64,000 nucleotides of DNA from Felis catus (Eukaryota): the NCBI RefSeq assembly GCF_018350175.1, contig NC_058368.1:214956001-215020000 (forward strand). Direction: 5' to 3'. Within the stretch, counting starts at the first letter, position 1; every line of letters begins with the position of its first letter. The position numbers were made by a program, and so were the translations under genes. The notes below the pieces were generated by a model, which worked only from the letters and a program-made list of their open reading frames with translations, did not search any database and was not told where the DNA came from. This document shows, piece after piece, positions 12,500-26,025 of the stretch.

Positions 12500-13250
12500 T
12501 GACTTAAAGTAAGAAAATAAATTATATGCCTAGAAGTAGAATTCATGGGTCAGAGAGTAGGCATGTGTTCAGTTTAAAAATTTTTTTTATTATGTTTATT
12601 TACTTTGAGATAGAGAGATAGAGTCAGGCGGCGGAGGGGCAGAGAGAGAGGGAGACACAGCATCTGAAGCAGGCTCCAGGCTCTGAACTGTCAGCTCAGA
12701 GCCCGAAGCCAGGCTCGAACCCACAAGCCTGCGCTGAAGTCAGACCACTTAACTGACTGAGCCACTCAGGAGCCCTTGCATGTATTCATTTTTATAAGAT
12801 GTCAAACAGTTTTTATAAATAAACACATTTACATTTTCACCAGCAAAGTAAGAATCAAGTTGGTCCACTTTCTTACCAACATGTAGTATCACAGCTTTTG
12901 AAATTTAGGCATCCTCCTGCTTGTAATGTTATCTCTGCATTTTCCATTACATTTCTCTGATTTAATGATGTGAAAGGAGCATTTAACATAGGCCCTTGCG
13001 TAGCTTCTTTTATGAAGTGCTTGTTCAAGTATTTGCCCATTATTTGTCTTCTTACTGATCTGCCTATGTGAAGATTGTGAAGACGTTTTCTTTAAGCTTG
13101 CTCTTTGAAGCTTTTCAGTTTGACATTTACATTTAGGTCTCTGATCTATTACACATTTTTATAAATCATCCAAAGCAGGTGTAAAGGTTCACGTTTTTCT
13201 ACACATTTATTCAGGGTTTTTTCCACCACCATTTGCACAAAACATTCCAT
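12500..13250 (-). mobile_element. Ancient L1M ORF2 remnant
   Basis: Decayed match to L1 ORF2 3' region (CCTAGAAGTAGAATT..GGGTCA, GAAGTGCTTGTTCAAGTATTTGCCCATT). Confidence 0.65.
12576..12776 (-). mobile_element. Can-SINE with internal deletion
   Basis: Reverse SINE; approximate TSD GCATGT(G/A)TTCA(G/T)TTT. Confidence 0.92.
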
Positions 13251-14030
13251 CCCTAATATTGAACATACGATTAAAAGTTACCAAACTTAAAAAAAATACA
13301 GATTAAGATGTGCCATGATTTAAAACAACAAATGCTGAGATGAGCCAGATTTTGGATTAGCAGACAAAGCCTTAAAACAGCTATGTTAAATGTATGTAAA
13401 CACTTCAAGGAAAAATAAGGACAGATTATTATATGAGGATTATTAGGTAAAAATATAAACTTAAGAACTGGAAAGTATAATATGGGAAATGAGATGTACC
13501 TATAATGATCTTAATAGCAGATTGATGATATTGGAAAAAAGCTTCAGTAAATGTGAAGGCAGACCAATAGATATTCTTCAATCTGCAGAACACCGAATAA
13601 AAAATAATTAAAAAGAAAAGGAATAGAGCATCAGTGAAGGACAGTATTGAGAAGAAAGACAAGGTGGAAAACGGTTTTATAGAAATAATCACCTCAATTT
13701 ACTACATATAATAAAGTACGAAAACATATAGAAGCATGAATCTCACCAAACTCAAAATAGCATAGATACAAAGATGCCAAGGGGCATCATAGTAAAACTG
13801 GTAAAAGGCAAAGAAACAGAGAATATTGAATACATCCAGAGAAAACAGTTTCCATTTAAGGAAACATTGATACACATGGTGTCTAAAGTTGCATCATAAT
13901 GAAGGCTAGAAAAGAGTGGAATGATATCTTTAAAGTACCAACAACAATTTTACAAACTTTATCAACATCCAGTGAAAATTCATTAAAAAATGAAGGCGAT
14001 ATAAACACATGTTCACATAACTTGTTTTTT

Positions 14031-14246
14031 TTTTTTTTTTCTTGAATGTTTATTTATTTTTGGGACAGAGAGAGACAGAGCATGAACGGGGGAGGGGCAG
14101 AGAGAGAGGGAGTCACAGAATCGGAAACAGGCTCCAGGCTCTGAGCCATCAGCCCAGAGCCTGGCGCGGGGCTCGAACTCACGGACCGCGAGATCGTGAC
14201 CTGGCTGAAGTCGGACGCTTAACCGACTGCGCCACCCAGGCGCCCC
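14031..14246 (-). mobile_element. Young Can-SINE (SINEC_Fc-like)
   Basis: CpGs retained, long T-tail; TSD ATAACTTGTTTTTT at 14017-14030 and 14249-14262. Confidence 0.97.
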
Positions 14247-14752
14247 AGATAACTTGTTTTTTAACGACAGCTTTCAACTCTATGGTTGGCAGAATTGTGT
14301 TTCCATGCCCTAATCATGAAGTTTAACTATATTACCTTACATGGAAAAAGGGATTTTTGCTGATTTTATACTCGGGATATTATCTCGGATTTTATGGGTG
14401 TACCTGATGCAATCAAATGTGTTTTTAAAAGCAACAGAAGGAGGCAGAAGGAGAAGTTGGAGAGATTCAAAAAAGAGAAGGATTCAATATATGATTGCTT
14501 CTTTAATGATGAAGAAGGTCTCAAGCGAGAACCAGAGAGACACCTCTAGTAGCTGAGGGTGAACGAAGATATCAGCCTCAGGGAACTGGACTCTGCATGA
14601 GTCTGGAAGTAGATTCTTCCATTGAGTCTCCAGAGAACAGGACAGCTTGCCTGACACCTGGCTTTTAGCCTTGTGCAACTCTAGCAGAGATTGCAGGGAA
14701 GCCAGCTTGACCTTCTGAAGCCAGAAGTGTGAGATAACAAATGAGTGTTTGA

Positions 14753-15545
14753 TGGTAGGAATTTACCCAAGGGATACAGGAGTGCTGATACATAGGGGCA
14801 CTTGTAATCCAATGTTTATAGCAGCACTTTCAACAACAGCCAAATTATGGAAAGAGCCTAAATGTCCATCAACTGATGAATGGACAAAGAAGATGTGGTT
14901 TATATATACGATGGAATACTACTTGGCAATGAGAAAGAATGGAATCTGGCCATTTGTAGCAACGTGGATGGAACTAGAGGGTATTGTGCTAAGTGAAATA
15001 AGTTAGGCAGAGAAAGATATACGTTTTCACTCATATGTGGATCCTGAGAAACTTAACAGAAGACCATGGGGGAGAGGAAGGGGGGAAGTTACAGAGAGGG
15101 AGGGAGGCAAACCATAAGAGACTCTTAAATACGGAGAACAAACTGAGAGTTGATGGGGGGTGGGGGAGAGGGGAAAGTGGGTGATGGGCATTGAGGAGGG
15201 CACCTGTTGGGATGAGCACTGGGTACTGTATGCAAAGGAATTTGACAATAAATTATATTTAGTATAAAAATAAATAAACATTGGGGCGCCTGGGTGGCGC
15301 AGTCGGTTAAGCGTCCGACTTCAGCCAGGTCACGATCTCGCGGTCCGTGAGTTCGAGCCCCGCGTCGGGCTCTGGGCTGATGGCTCAGAGCCTGGAGCCT
15401 GTTTCCGATTCTGTGTCTCCCTCTCTCTCTGCCCCTCGCCCGTTCATGCTCTGTTTCTCTCTGTCCCAAAAATAAATAAACGTTGAAAAAAAAATTAAAA
15501 AAAAACATTAAAAACAAAAAAAAAAGATTAAAAAATAAGAAAAAT
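14753..15545 (+). mobile_element. 5'-truncated felid LINE-1 with a SINE in its A-tail
   Basis: ORF2 end (GTCNPMFIAALSTTAKLWKEPKCPSTDEW) plus 3' UTR; 14-bp TSD AAATGAGTGTTTGA at 14739-14752 and 15546-15559. Confidence 0.95.
15283..15502 (+). mobile_element. Young Can-SINE (SINEC_Fc-like)
   Basis: Near-consensus with CpGs intact; AAACATT duplicated on either side within the L1 tail. Confidence 0.97.
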
Positions 15546-15899
15546 AAATGAGTGTTTGAAGCAACTGAGTTTGTGGTCATTTGTATAGTAGCAATAGAAA
15601 CCCAGTATGGCGCCAAACAGAATTGCATTACAAGGAATACAAAATGTAGTTCTTCAAGCTGAAATCATTCCTGGTCTAAACCCAGATTTACCCAGATTTA
15701 GAAAGTAATAAAGATCCCTGGAAAATATAAATGTGTGAGAAAATATAGAGAACTATTTTTAAAGTTTAATTTCTTTAAATGACAATTTACTGTTTACATC
15801 CAAATTATAAGTTGTATGTGAGACTTACAACGAATATGCATGTAAAATATGACATAAATTGCACTAAGGATGGAATAGAATACGCTATTACACTATTGC

Positions 15900-17010
15900 C
15901 ATAGGTATTCAATATCATTTTATTCCTTTATTATAATTTTCAGGATTATATCCTCTTGCTGGCTTAAAGATATTTCCTTCTCTGTTTAGCTTGTGTATTC
16001 AGCAGTTCTATAATGATGTTCCTTAGTGTGGACTTTATTTATATTTATGAAGCTTTGGGCTAGGAATACACGTTGAAGTCAAAGATGGATGTTTTTCATC
16101 CCTTTTGGAAAACCATCATCCATTCTCTTAAGATATTGTATATCCTTACTTTCTTCTCTTTTTCTAAGATTCCAGTTCCTTATAATGATTGGAAACAGTT
16201 TCCTTTCACATATTGTTTACATATAATACTCACTATGGTTTTACTTTTTTCTCTTCATGCTTAAATCTATTCTTTTTCTTCTGGTCTATATTCAAGATGA
16301 TTAAATTCTTTCTTCAAGGGTGCTGATTCTAAGTATTAAATGTTTAACCTATTTTTTTCAGTGTATGAATTCCATTGATTTTTTAAAAAAATAAATAAAG
16401 CTTTTAATTATATAAGCATGATCCTTTAAAGTCTGTGTCTAATATCATCATTACCTAGAGGCTTAGATAATTTTTTAAATATTTTTTTTCTGTTTTCTTG
16501 GCTTCTAGTCATTTTCTTTGTTCTAGTCTTTCTGTATGTTTCTCATTTTGTCTGAGAAATTGTTTTGATAATTTGTGGCTTTTGATAATATTTATTCCAA
16601 AAAGTATTTACTTGGTTTCTAACAGGTAGCTAGGCTAGAGGCATAAACACTTTTGCATCATGATAAACTAATCTAGGAATTAGATCATGGGAAAATGGGA
16701 GGCAGTTCCTTATTCCAAGTATCATTTAGATCTTGGGTGTTTGCCAGGTACCATTTTCCTTCCTGGGCCCTGCATTTTGTCTTGTTGGTATGGTGAGTTT
16801 ACTGAAAAGATTGCTCACTTCTCAGCCTCTCGGTCATGCCTTTAGAATGAGAAGGTGCCCAATGATTGTCCAGCAGTTCCGCGTGCTGTACTTACTTCCC
16901 TGCATTATTCTTCTACAGGATGTGGCAACCTTCTCATGCGCTGGGATAAATATACTTTTTAAGTTGAAGTCCAACTCTTCTGATAGTTCTCAGCAAAAGA
17001 GTTGACACAT
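15900..17010 (-). mobile_element. Ancient L1M remnant
   Basis: T-rich decayed ORF1/5'-like sequence (TTCAGCAGTTCTATAATGATGTTCCTTAGTGTGG). Confidence 0.55.
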
Positions 17011-20000
17011 GCTTTGTATTCCATCATTTATGGAATGACCAGTTGGTTTTTACATATGTTAATATTTTCAAAATGTTATTGTAGACAAATATTTACTCTT
17101 AAAATTTTGGCACATACACACACATTTAAATACCTTAAGTAACTTTGGACACGGTATATATCATGTGGCTAGAAAGAACGCAGAAGTAAAATCCTTGCAA
17201 TTAATAATTTTATTTAGAATATTGCAAAAAATAATGTGACTTGAATGTGTAAACCGTCTTTGATCACGAATTTCCACATAATCAACCCACTGACATTATT
17301 ATTTTTGTTATTCTGTATGTAGATCCATGGGTGACACAACATAGAGAATTAAATTATTGTTCAGTAAATTTTAGTTTTGTGGACACCAATAACCACTGCG
17401 GAGCATCTTGATCTTTAATTTCACTTTTCTTCAGTAATATGAGCACTGTGTACAAACAAATTTACTATGTAATAAGTCCATTATATAAAAATAACTTGAA
17501 ATATTTTCAAACTTGTCATATTATAGGTCTAATATACACTTATTTGAATCTCTTATCCTATACCTATGACTTGAGAATTCATAGTGTTAGTTTCACAGCG
17601 TATACAAATATGCAAATTCACAGACATTACAAACCCCAGAGACCCCCTAAGGGAGAAGTCAAAAGCAACGAGGCCCCCATCTGTTCCAAAGTTATATGTG
17701 CCTGGCATCATGAACTGCAAAATTAAAACAATTTGTAAAACATTTGTGTGTAATTTTCTCTTCATTGGCAAAAAAAAAAAAAAAAGTAGAAAGAGAAGTA
17801 AAACTTTAAATTTGTTCTGTGAAAATTTATAGTGGGTTGAAGTTTATACAGAACAAATAATGTTGCTACTAATTTTGCATTGTTAATTTATAATAGATTA
17901 CCAGGAGCCAAAAAAATAAATTCTCTCTTTTAAGTTTATAACACTTTTATTTTCAAAAACTACTTTCTTATTTACATGGAGTCAAATGCATCAATCTTTT
18001 ACCTTTATCCTTTTACCACTAAAGATTATAAAAATATTCTCCTATACTTTTAATGCCAAAATAGTCATACAGTAGACTTATTATTTCTGTAATCATAGAT
18101 TGTTTAGATAGCTATAAATGTATATTGAAGTGTTTTTCGACTAAACAAATTCTATAATTGTATAATTCAAAAGTAATGTATATGGAGATGCCAGAGAATC
18201 TGCTGCCACCAGTATTAAAAATTCATTCATACCCTGGTAATGAAAGTACTAATGAAGTATAAATATTTTCTTCATTTTAAAGACATTCTTGTTGATTAAG
18301 AACAGAATATATGCAGAACACTTTATATCTCTTGCAGATTTTTTTTTCTAACTGTGCTTGGAATGGATTCCATGAGAGTAGATGAGCTTTTGCATAAGGG
18401 ATATATAACTGATTACATTAGTATATGTCATTTGGTGAAGAGACCACTAGAGTCATGAAGACATAATCTGTGCAAAACAGAATAATTCAGTATTGCATAA
18501 GAGAACAGAAAACATTCCCAGGAAGTTTTAATTCATATAACTGAAAATTCTTCTTATAAAGATGTTAATGGTAAACCAAATCAAAATTGTATACATACAG
18601 TTAACAACCATTAAAAATACCTATTGGTGTCAGGTTCATCCTAGTGATTACTTTTTATATAAGTCCCCACGTGGTATTTACTGTGGCCTCTGGTTAGGAA
18701 CCTGTGTTTGCAGCTATCTGACTGTGAGCACATGATAGCAAATCATTTCTACACACTCAATGCAAACAGGATGTCAAGAAAAGAACTCTTGCATATGCAG
18801 TTCCACTCAGATTCAAAGGATTTAAATCTATTTACTTTTTCAGATGTGATCTAAATGATAAATTCTAAGCAAATCTCTCAACTGTGATTTAACTGAATGA
18901 TGAAAACTTTTCTTGGGAGGAATTCATGATTTATAGAGCTTAGTACCAAATAAAATTTCTTGGAAGCTTGAGAATTAATCATTTTGGGTAGAATTTTTTT
19001 TTGTATAAAAATATGTACTTCTTTTCTCCCATGTTACCCCCGAGCAGCCTCTCATTGCTATCCATTACTCACTGCTATGTACAGGTGCCTCCTGGCTTCA
19101 GCACCTTTCACAGAATTGGCCATAGAAACGGTAAACATCCAATGATTATTGACTGAATGTGACTGTGAAGAGCTGACTGGAGTTAATACAGTGAGAAAAT
19201 GCATGAAATATATTCTCCTTTTCTGATCACCAGAGTATATCACTTTGTGCTACTTTCTATTCTGAGGGGCAATTTTTCTGTGGTGGAAGAAGGTTTCGTA
19301 ATTTTTTTTAAGTCTAAAAGGAAGGAAATATGTCCTAGATCACATGAGACTTCTATTTCTATCTAGTATAATGAATCAAATAACTGAAGTGGTCGATTTA
19401 ATAGGTGTTTTCCTTTTGTCTAGTTTGGTATTTTCAGCAGATGTCATTTTTAACATGGAGTAAATAACAAATCATATATGAACTTGGGGTAACCACAGTA
19501 GGTGGCTGGAATGAGATGAATTGTGGTTTGTCAGGAAGGCTCCATGATCAAAACATCTCTCAGGCTTAGGCTTTTTGTTAGGCCCATTGTTGTAAAGATA
19601 AATAGCACATCTAAAGCTATATAGAGATTATTTACTCTGATGCTAGCATTGCACATTAATAAATTGTACAGAGTAAGAATAATTATAGGAATCAGTAACT
19701 ACAAGAGCTCACCAAATTCATCCAGTTTGTGACCAGGCCTCTTTCTACTAATTTTTTTTGACAGCTTCTCATATTTGGGTTAAATCAGTTGATCAATTTC
19801 TTTTTATGCTTTTTTTGTTAGTTTTAACAACTGTAAATTAGCATTTCAATTTACAACCAAATGCCACTGAGAGCTTTAGGGCATTGCGGTATATAAGTGA
19901 TACCCTATGATGACACATTTAGAAAGTAGTTTTCTAGAATACAGCATTCTGAGAGCAAGCCTTTTAGATGAGCTTGATGTTGGCAACTGTGGTTTACTGT

Positions 20001-20453
20001 GGGATAGCGCTGGATCATAGAGTCGCCTGTATTGAAGACCTCCACCAGATAATAGACCGTACCCCAAGGGAAAGGGACGGAGGGGTCAGCCAGTATTAGA
20101 GAAGAACTCTGAAAGAGAAGGAAAGACTACCAAGGTAGTCCTGCAAATTGGAATCAGCATGGTCAGTGTTTTCAGAGACTGTCAGTGCGGTGCTACTTTA
20201 TAGAAACTCTTATAATAAAATAGAATGAGTTAATAGCAATGTAATGTAAGAAATACTCTGCTTTGTTACGAAGTAAGATATGTACATTCGAATGTAGTCC
20301 TCGAAGTACAGAAAATGAATTGGCATGGTTAACTTCTGAAAGCAAAAGAGACATAGCATTTTAAAAAGTATGGATAAAGAGGATGGGGAAACATATTGCC
20401 AAAATATGAAGACTAAGAAATATAGCAGCAAGATCACAAAGGAACTTATAACT

Positions 20454-20532
20454 CCTGAAATCATTGTTGCACTATCTGCTAACTAATTTGGATGTAAATT
20501 AAACAAAAATAAAACAAGTTAATAAAAATAAA
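20454..20532 (+). mobile_element. Ultra-short L1 3'-terminal insertion
   Basis: CCTGAAATCATTGTTGCACTATCTGCTAACTAATTTGGATGTAAATT plus A-tail; 16-bp TSD AAAGGAACTTATAACT at 20438-20453 and 20533-20548. Confidence 0.88.
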
Positions 20533-20549
20533 AAAGGAACTTATAACTA

Positions 20550-21830
20550 TATTAAGGTATTTGTATTTTTTCCTGAAGATATTGGGGAAGCGTCATGTTT
20601 TAAATAGGGATTCATGTTTACATCATAGAAATATCACACTAGTGGCAGTTTGTAGAAAGCATAAGACAAGGCACAGGAAATGGTCAGGAAAACCAGGTAG
20701 GAGTCTATATAGCAAGACTACAAGGTGAGCCCTGATATCAGCCTGAACAAGATATAACAGCAGGATAGAAAGATGTGGTTAGATTTTAAAAAAATGTTAA
20801 AATAGGACAATGCTTAGGAGTCCATGTTTAAACAGGCATAAGGTATGAGGAAGAGAGTCATGATAAATGTCTCCCTTGTTATATTTCTGGCTTGATGGTA
20901 GATGGTGGAACTATTTACAGAGTAGAGAAACAAGGTGCGGACTTCAGTTGGAGATGAGACAGACCTCTGCTTGACATTTAGTTTTTGACCACCTTTGGTG
21001 CATCCAAGTGGAGATGATATAAAAATACTGAATTTTATTCTGGAGCTCTGAAGAGATCTTTGGCCTCTTAGTTTGGGTATTCATTAGGTTTGGGCCTAGA
21101 ATTAAAGCTATATGTATTAGTTTCCTATGTTGAAAAACACATTCTCAAAAATGTACCTGCTTAAAAACTATACATTTATTATCTCATAGTTCTGTATGTT
21201 AGAATTTGTGCAGCCCTCAGCTGAGTTCTCTCTCAGGGTTTCTATCAAGGCTCTATCCAGGCTGAAAGAAGTTGTTGGTTACCAAGGCTATAGTCACACC
21301 TAAGAGTCAGGGTTCTCTGCTAATCTCCCTGGTTGTTGGCATAATTTAGTCTCTGAAGGTTGCAGGACTGAATTGTCCACTATCTTCCCAGCTGTCAGTG
21401 GGCCTGCTGTCTGTTCCAGGAGGCCATCCTCCATTTCCTTCTACATGGTCCTGTCTCTAGCAGCTTAGTTTCTTTTTACAAGGCCAGCAGGAGAATCTCT
21501 TTCATCTTGAAGTCAACTGATGAGAGGCCTTAAATATGTCTTCAAAATCCCCTTGGCTATATAATCTACTGAGAGGAGTGATGTCCTGTTACTTACAGGT
21601 CTGGCCACACTCAAGGGGAAGGGTCTGGCCCACACCAGGAGGCAGGAACCTTGGGGGCCATTTTTTTATTCTACTTACCACAGTATCTGTGTGGGCAAGT
21701 TCCCTAAGGGACAGAGAGCAGAGTCCGAAAGAAGGGAGTTAGGGGAGAAGGCTGAGAACAATAACATTTAAGGAGGATTGATAGGAAAAAGCAATCTGCA
21801 AAAGAGATTATGCACTGAGAGAACAATATA
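20550..21830 (-). mobile_element. L2 LINE remnant, split by MLT1
   Basis: Purine-rich decayed L2-like motifs (AAATATCACACTAGTGGCAGT, CATCCAAGTGGAGATG). Confidence 0.6.
21113..21682 (-). mobile_element. MaLR LTR (MLT1E/F-like)
   Basis: TGTATTAGTTTCCTATG...ATTCTACTTACCACA termini. Confidence 0.8.
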
Positions 21831-23059
21831 AGAAATGTGTATGACTAGAACTTTTGGCCATATGCTCTTAAGGCTATTAATTAATCACTGTTACTGCTAG
21901 GACTTTTTGCCTCATTTTACTGCACATTCCTTAAAATCCCCATGGTATTGCCACTCAGTTATGACCAATATTTGTTGCAAAATAATACTTTGGTTATAAT
22001 TTATAAATTAACTTTGGGAATCCCAAAGTACTGTCATACCAAATCATGACTTCAGTCTCTTTATTTATGTCAAAGGAGTTCTGTAATGGGGATATACATG
22101 ATTGCCTGCTGAAAGTGTATATAGGGACTTGAGCAATACACTGAAAATCTGAAAGATACAGAAAATGTATTGATCCCTGTCATTTGTGGATCAGTTCCCA
22201 CAGGTAATATATATTGTTCTCTTATGTTTTACAACATGCTGTCTATATGCTTGTGAATATATTTAATCCTAGATGTTAGACCAAGATCCCAGAGAGCACA
22301 CTTCACATGTTCATCTTTTTGTGCATATATGTAACTGAAAGTCCAGAAAAGATTAAGTACATACTTGTTGAATAAGCAAGTGAAGGGAAGAAAAAGTGAT
22401 TTTGCTTGGTAATAATACCCCTAATATATTTTTGTTTTAGATATTTTTTGGAGGAATTAACATGTTGATTTAATTTTGGATAAAATAACACGGATATAAA
22501 AGTGGACTATTTTTATAGAATGTTGTCACAGACAATGTACGGACTCTTTAAAGCATCAATGAATTTTGAGGACATTTTATAGAGTTGGTCTCAGAGAAAA
22601 GACTGACCTGAAAAAATGTCCATATTAGCTGATGTCTGCTCAGTGCCACTTCACCTGGGAAAGAAAAGGTCTATTTGAACTGACAGAAATGGATGCAATG
22701 ACCCAAATTAGTAAAATAAGGCCAACTTAACTCAGGTTAAAAAAAAAGTTTTTTTTTTTAATATAAAAGGGACTTTTTATAAGTGAAAAGGAAGAATAGA
22801 AAGAAGTTTAAGCAATAGGAACTAAAATACAATTAGATGTATATCTAAAGGTTTACAAGAAGCCAGAAACAAAAATTTCATTGTATATTTCTAGAAAATA
22901 TAAAATATCAGAATCAATACAATGGAACTATACTGATAGATGTTTGTTAAAGTCTGTATTTCAAATTCAGAGAAATGAATCTTGTATTTGTAACAAAATG
23001 ACATTTTTTAAAAGTGTGCAAACATAAGCAAAATAAAGTATATTGATTGCTTAGAGTTC

Positions 23060-23105
23060 TTTTTTATTTTATTTTTTTAGTTTTTAATGTTTATTTAGTT
23101 TTGAA

Positions 23106-23145
<40 letters not shown>

Positions 23146-23292
23146 GCAGAGAGTGAGGTAGACACAGAATCTGAAGCAGGCTCCAGGCTCTGAGCTGTCA
23201 GCACAGAGCCTGATGCAGGGCTCAAACTCATGAACTGTGAGATCATAACCTGAGCCAAAGCTGGACACTTAACCAACTGAGGCAGACGCCCC
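23060..23292 (-). mobile_element. Can-SINE
   Basis: Reverse SINE with expanded (GA)n. Confidence 0.93.
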
Positions 23293-25430
23293 ATTGTGTA
23301 AAGAGTTCAAAAAGCTAACCTAATTCCCTCAACAAAATGTTAAAAAATATTAATGATTATGGGGGGCTATTGATTTTTTAATTATTGATATAAGTATTGA
23401 TTTAATTATTGATTTAAGTATTGATTTTTAAATTATATGATATACTAATTAAAATAATTATTTAACAAGTGAAAATGACTAGCATTATACATTCTATGTA
23501 TTAGTCATATATACACATATATTCAAATATATGAAAAAATTAAATATATTAAATATGACTGGGTGATGGCTTAAATAGCACAATGAACTGCTTCTGAAAT
23601 TATTAGTCAGCTTTGTACTGGGTAAAATCTGTTTCCTGTGATTCTAATTTGACATTACTACCTTCTTCTATATCAGTGTCAAAGAACATATAAAATTATC
23701 ATTTACCTTATATGACTATTGCCCTTGATTTATATATTTATTTTTTAACCCCTGATTTGTTTTTATTTCTTCATATTATTGCTGCATTAATTTTGCAAAA
23801 AAAATTATGCTAAACTGCCTACTTAAGTTTTATTGGTTCTTTTATCTTTGAATAATGCACACTGGTTAAAAGACCAATTTTTTTTATCTACTCTGTTTTC
23901 TACATTTTCAGTTAGCTGTGGAAAATAGGAATAATCATCTTTTATAATTTTTCCATAAAGTATAATTTCATATTTCTGGATGGTATAATTTAAAAGAAAA
24001 CCTACAAATTCTGATACACATTTGCGTTTGAATCCCTCTGGGTAAAGTTTCATTTTTCTTCATTAAAAAAGCAAAAATAGTGATGTTCATTCATTTGAAA
24101 AAAAACAAGCCTGGCGGTTATTTATCACAGATTGCACACATATAATTGAAGGAATGGTGTTCAAGTCTCCTCACTAAATATAATTATCTATTAATGAAAT
24201 AGAACAAAATTTTTATGAAGTTAGAAATACTATCAGTTTTCTTGAAGAATTGTGAAAAACAGTATTTGTTGGTGATCCTAAAGGGTTGTATCTTCCCCAG
24301 TAGCTAAGAAATTCTTTGTCCTCAAAGATTAGTCCTAAGGTCAAATCTTTATCATCTTCACTTGTGTTGCCTCAACAGATTCTATAGTGCAGTATAATCT
24401 ATATAACCAATGGATTTGCATTTCATAATAGAGAAAACGCTATATAATCTATAATAAATGTATGTGTTATGCATACATACAATGTGCATATGAACACTGT
24501 TTTTTCTTAAGTAATACCTCAGGTGCAGTCAGTTTTTAAAAACGATTTTGAGAGAATCAATGATAAAATTTTCATTTTAAGGCTATGAATTATATTATTT
24601 TGTTATGTACTAGTATATTATACTGCTGCACATTACATCATAATATAACTTATTTTATATATCTCTAAAGGGATAAACATTTTCACCGAATTTTAAGTAA
24701 TTTAAAGAAGTTGTGACAGTTTATATATTCCTTCAAATGTCTTTTAAAATTAATCCTTTCTCTGTACTAAATATTTCAGAAATTCCAGTAATTACAAACA
24801 TATTTATGGTAATTAAAACAGTGATGATACTTTATCTTTGATGTTTACTTTTCTGTAATTACATATATCATGAATTTTATCTAAGAACACATTGGCATTT
24901 AGTTCTACAGCTCTTTACTCATACTTTCTGTGTAATTTATTATAAAGTATAGCACTTATTAATACTACAGATAGATGACTTTTATTGGTAGTATCTTACA
25001 AAATGTGCTCTCAAATTAGATATTTATAGTTTAAAAGGTTGCAATTTGATGACAAAATTCTCTCAAATAACTGCTTTTAGACTGTTCTCTCTATATTGAC
25101 ATGGTTCCATGTACATAAAATTTTATGAGAAGTAGAAAAGTAAACCTCTATAAATACAGTGTAAGAAATGATCATAACGACTATATAACATAAAATATAT
25201 TAGCATTTTTGTCATATAAAATGCAACTACAGAAATTATATTTTAAAAGTCAAATTTATATTAGAATTTGGATCCATGTGAACCCTGAAAAAGGAGCTCT
25301 TCTATTGCATTGCTCTTTCAATGGTAAAGATGAAATTTAGGGGTTTAACTATTTTTACGTGGCATTCTATAGTTGATACAGACTAGTCTTTAAACGTGTG
25401 TTTACAAGGGCTTTAAAAGTGAATCACTTA

Positions 25431-25637
25431 CGGTGCCTGGGTGGCTCAGTTGGCTCAGCCTCTGACGTTGGCTCAGGTAGATCTCACAGTTTGTGAGTTT
25501 GAGCCCCGCGTCAGGCTCTATGCTGACAGCTCAGAGCCTGGAGCCTGCTTCGGATTCTGTGTCTCCTTCTCTCTCTGCCCCTCCCCTACTTGTGCTCAGT
25601 CTCTCTCTGTCTCTCAAAAATAAATTAATTAATTAAA
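25431..25637 (+). mobile_element. Can-SINE
   Basis: TSD AAAAGTGAATCACT at 25415-25428 and 25638-25651. Confidence 0.95.
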
Positions 25638-25808
25638 AAAAGTGAATCACTCCAATAGTACAGATTTTTTTATGACAGAATATTCATAATTTCTTCCTCC
25701 TTCCCCTTGTGACATCGTTTAACTTTTACATGTACTATAAACAGTAAACATTGTTACTATTATTGCTTTACACAAAAATATCTTTTACATCAATTAAAAA
25801 TAAATATA

Positions 25809-26025
25809 GGGGCGCCTGGGTGGCTCAGTCAGTTAAGCGGCCGACTTTGGCTCAGGTCATGATCTCAAGGTTGGTGAGTTTGAGCCCGGCGTCGGGCTCT
25901 GTGCTGACAGCTCAGAGCCTGGAGCCTGTTTCAGATTCTGTGTCTCCCTCTCTCTGACCCTCCCCCATTCATGCTCTGTCTCTCTCTGTCTCAAAAATAA
26001 ATAAACTTAATTTTTTTTTTAAAAT
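25809..26025 (+). mobile_element. Can-SINE
   Basis: Full head, (CT)n and AATAAA tail. Confidence 0.95.

Larger units (their letters stand above)
14281..15607 (+). mobile_element. MaLR LTR (MLT1D-like), split by L1 + SINE
   Basis: Starts TATGGTTGGCAGAAT; contains ACCTTACATGGAAAAAGGGATTTTGC; ends GTAGCAATAGAAACCCAGTA after the insertion. Confidence 0.8.
13260..15900 (+). mobile_element. Ancient L1M ORF1-region remnant hosting nested insertions
   Basis: A-rich decayed ORF1-like sequence (TTAGCAGACAAAGCCTTAAAACAGCTATG, GTGGAATGATATCTTTAAAGT) that resumes after 15610. Confidence 0.6.

Noticed and set aside
14042..14326. Recurrent ORF 'GQRETEHERGRGRERGRHRIGNRLQ...' (also at 1682, 15125, 34055, 51176, 55969, 59310)
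   Set aside because: Antisense translation of Can-SINEs, not a gene family.
19907..19952. ATGATGA...CTGA resembling C/D box snoRNA motifs
   Set aside because: Only 46 nt from C to D box, no convincing terminal stem, no recognisable rRNA guide.
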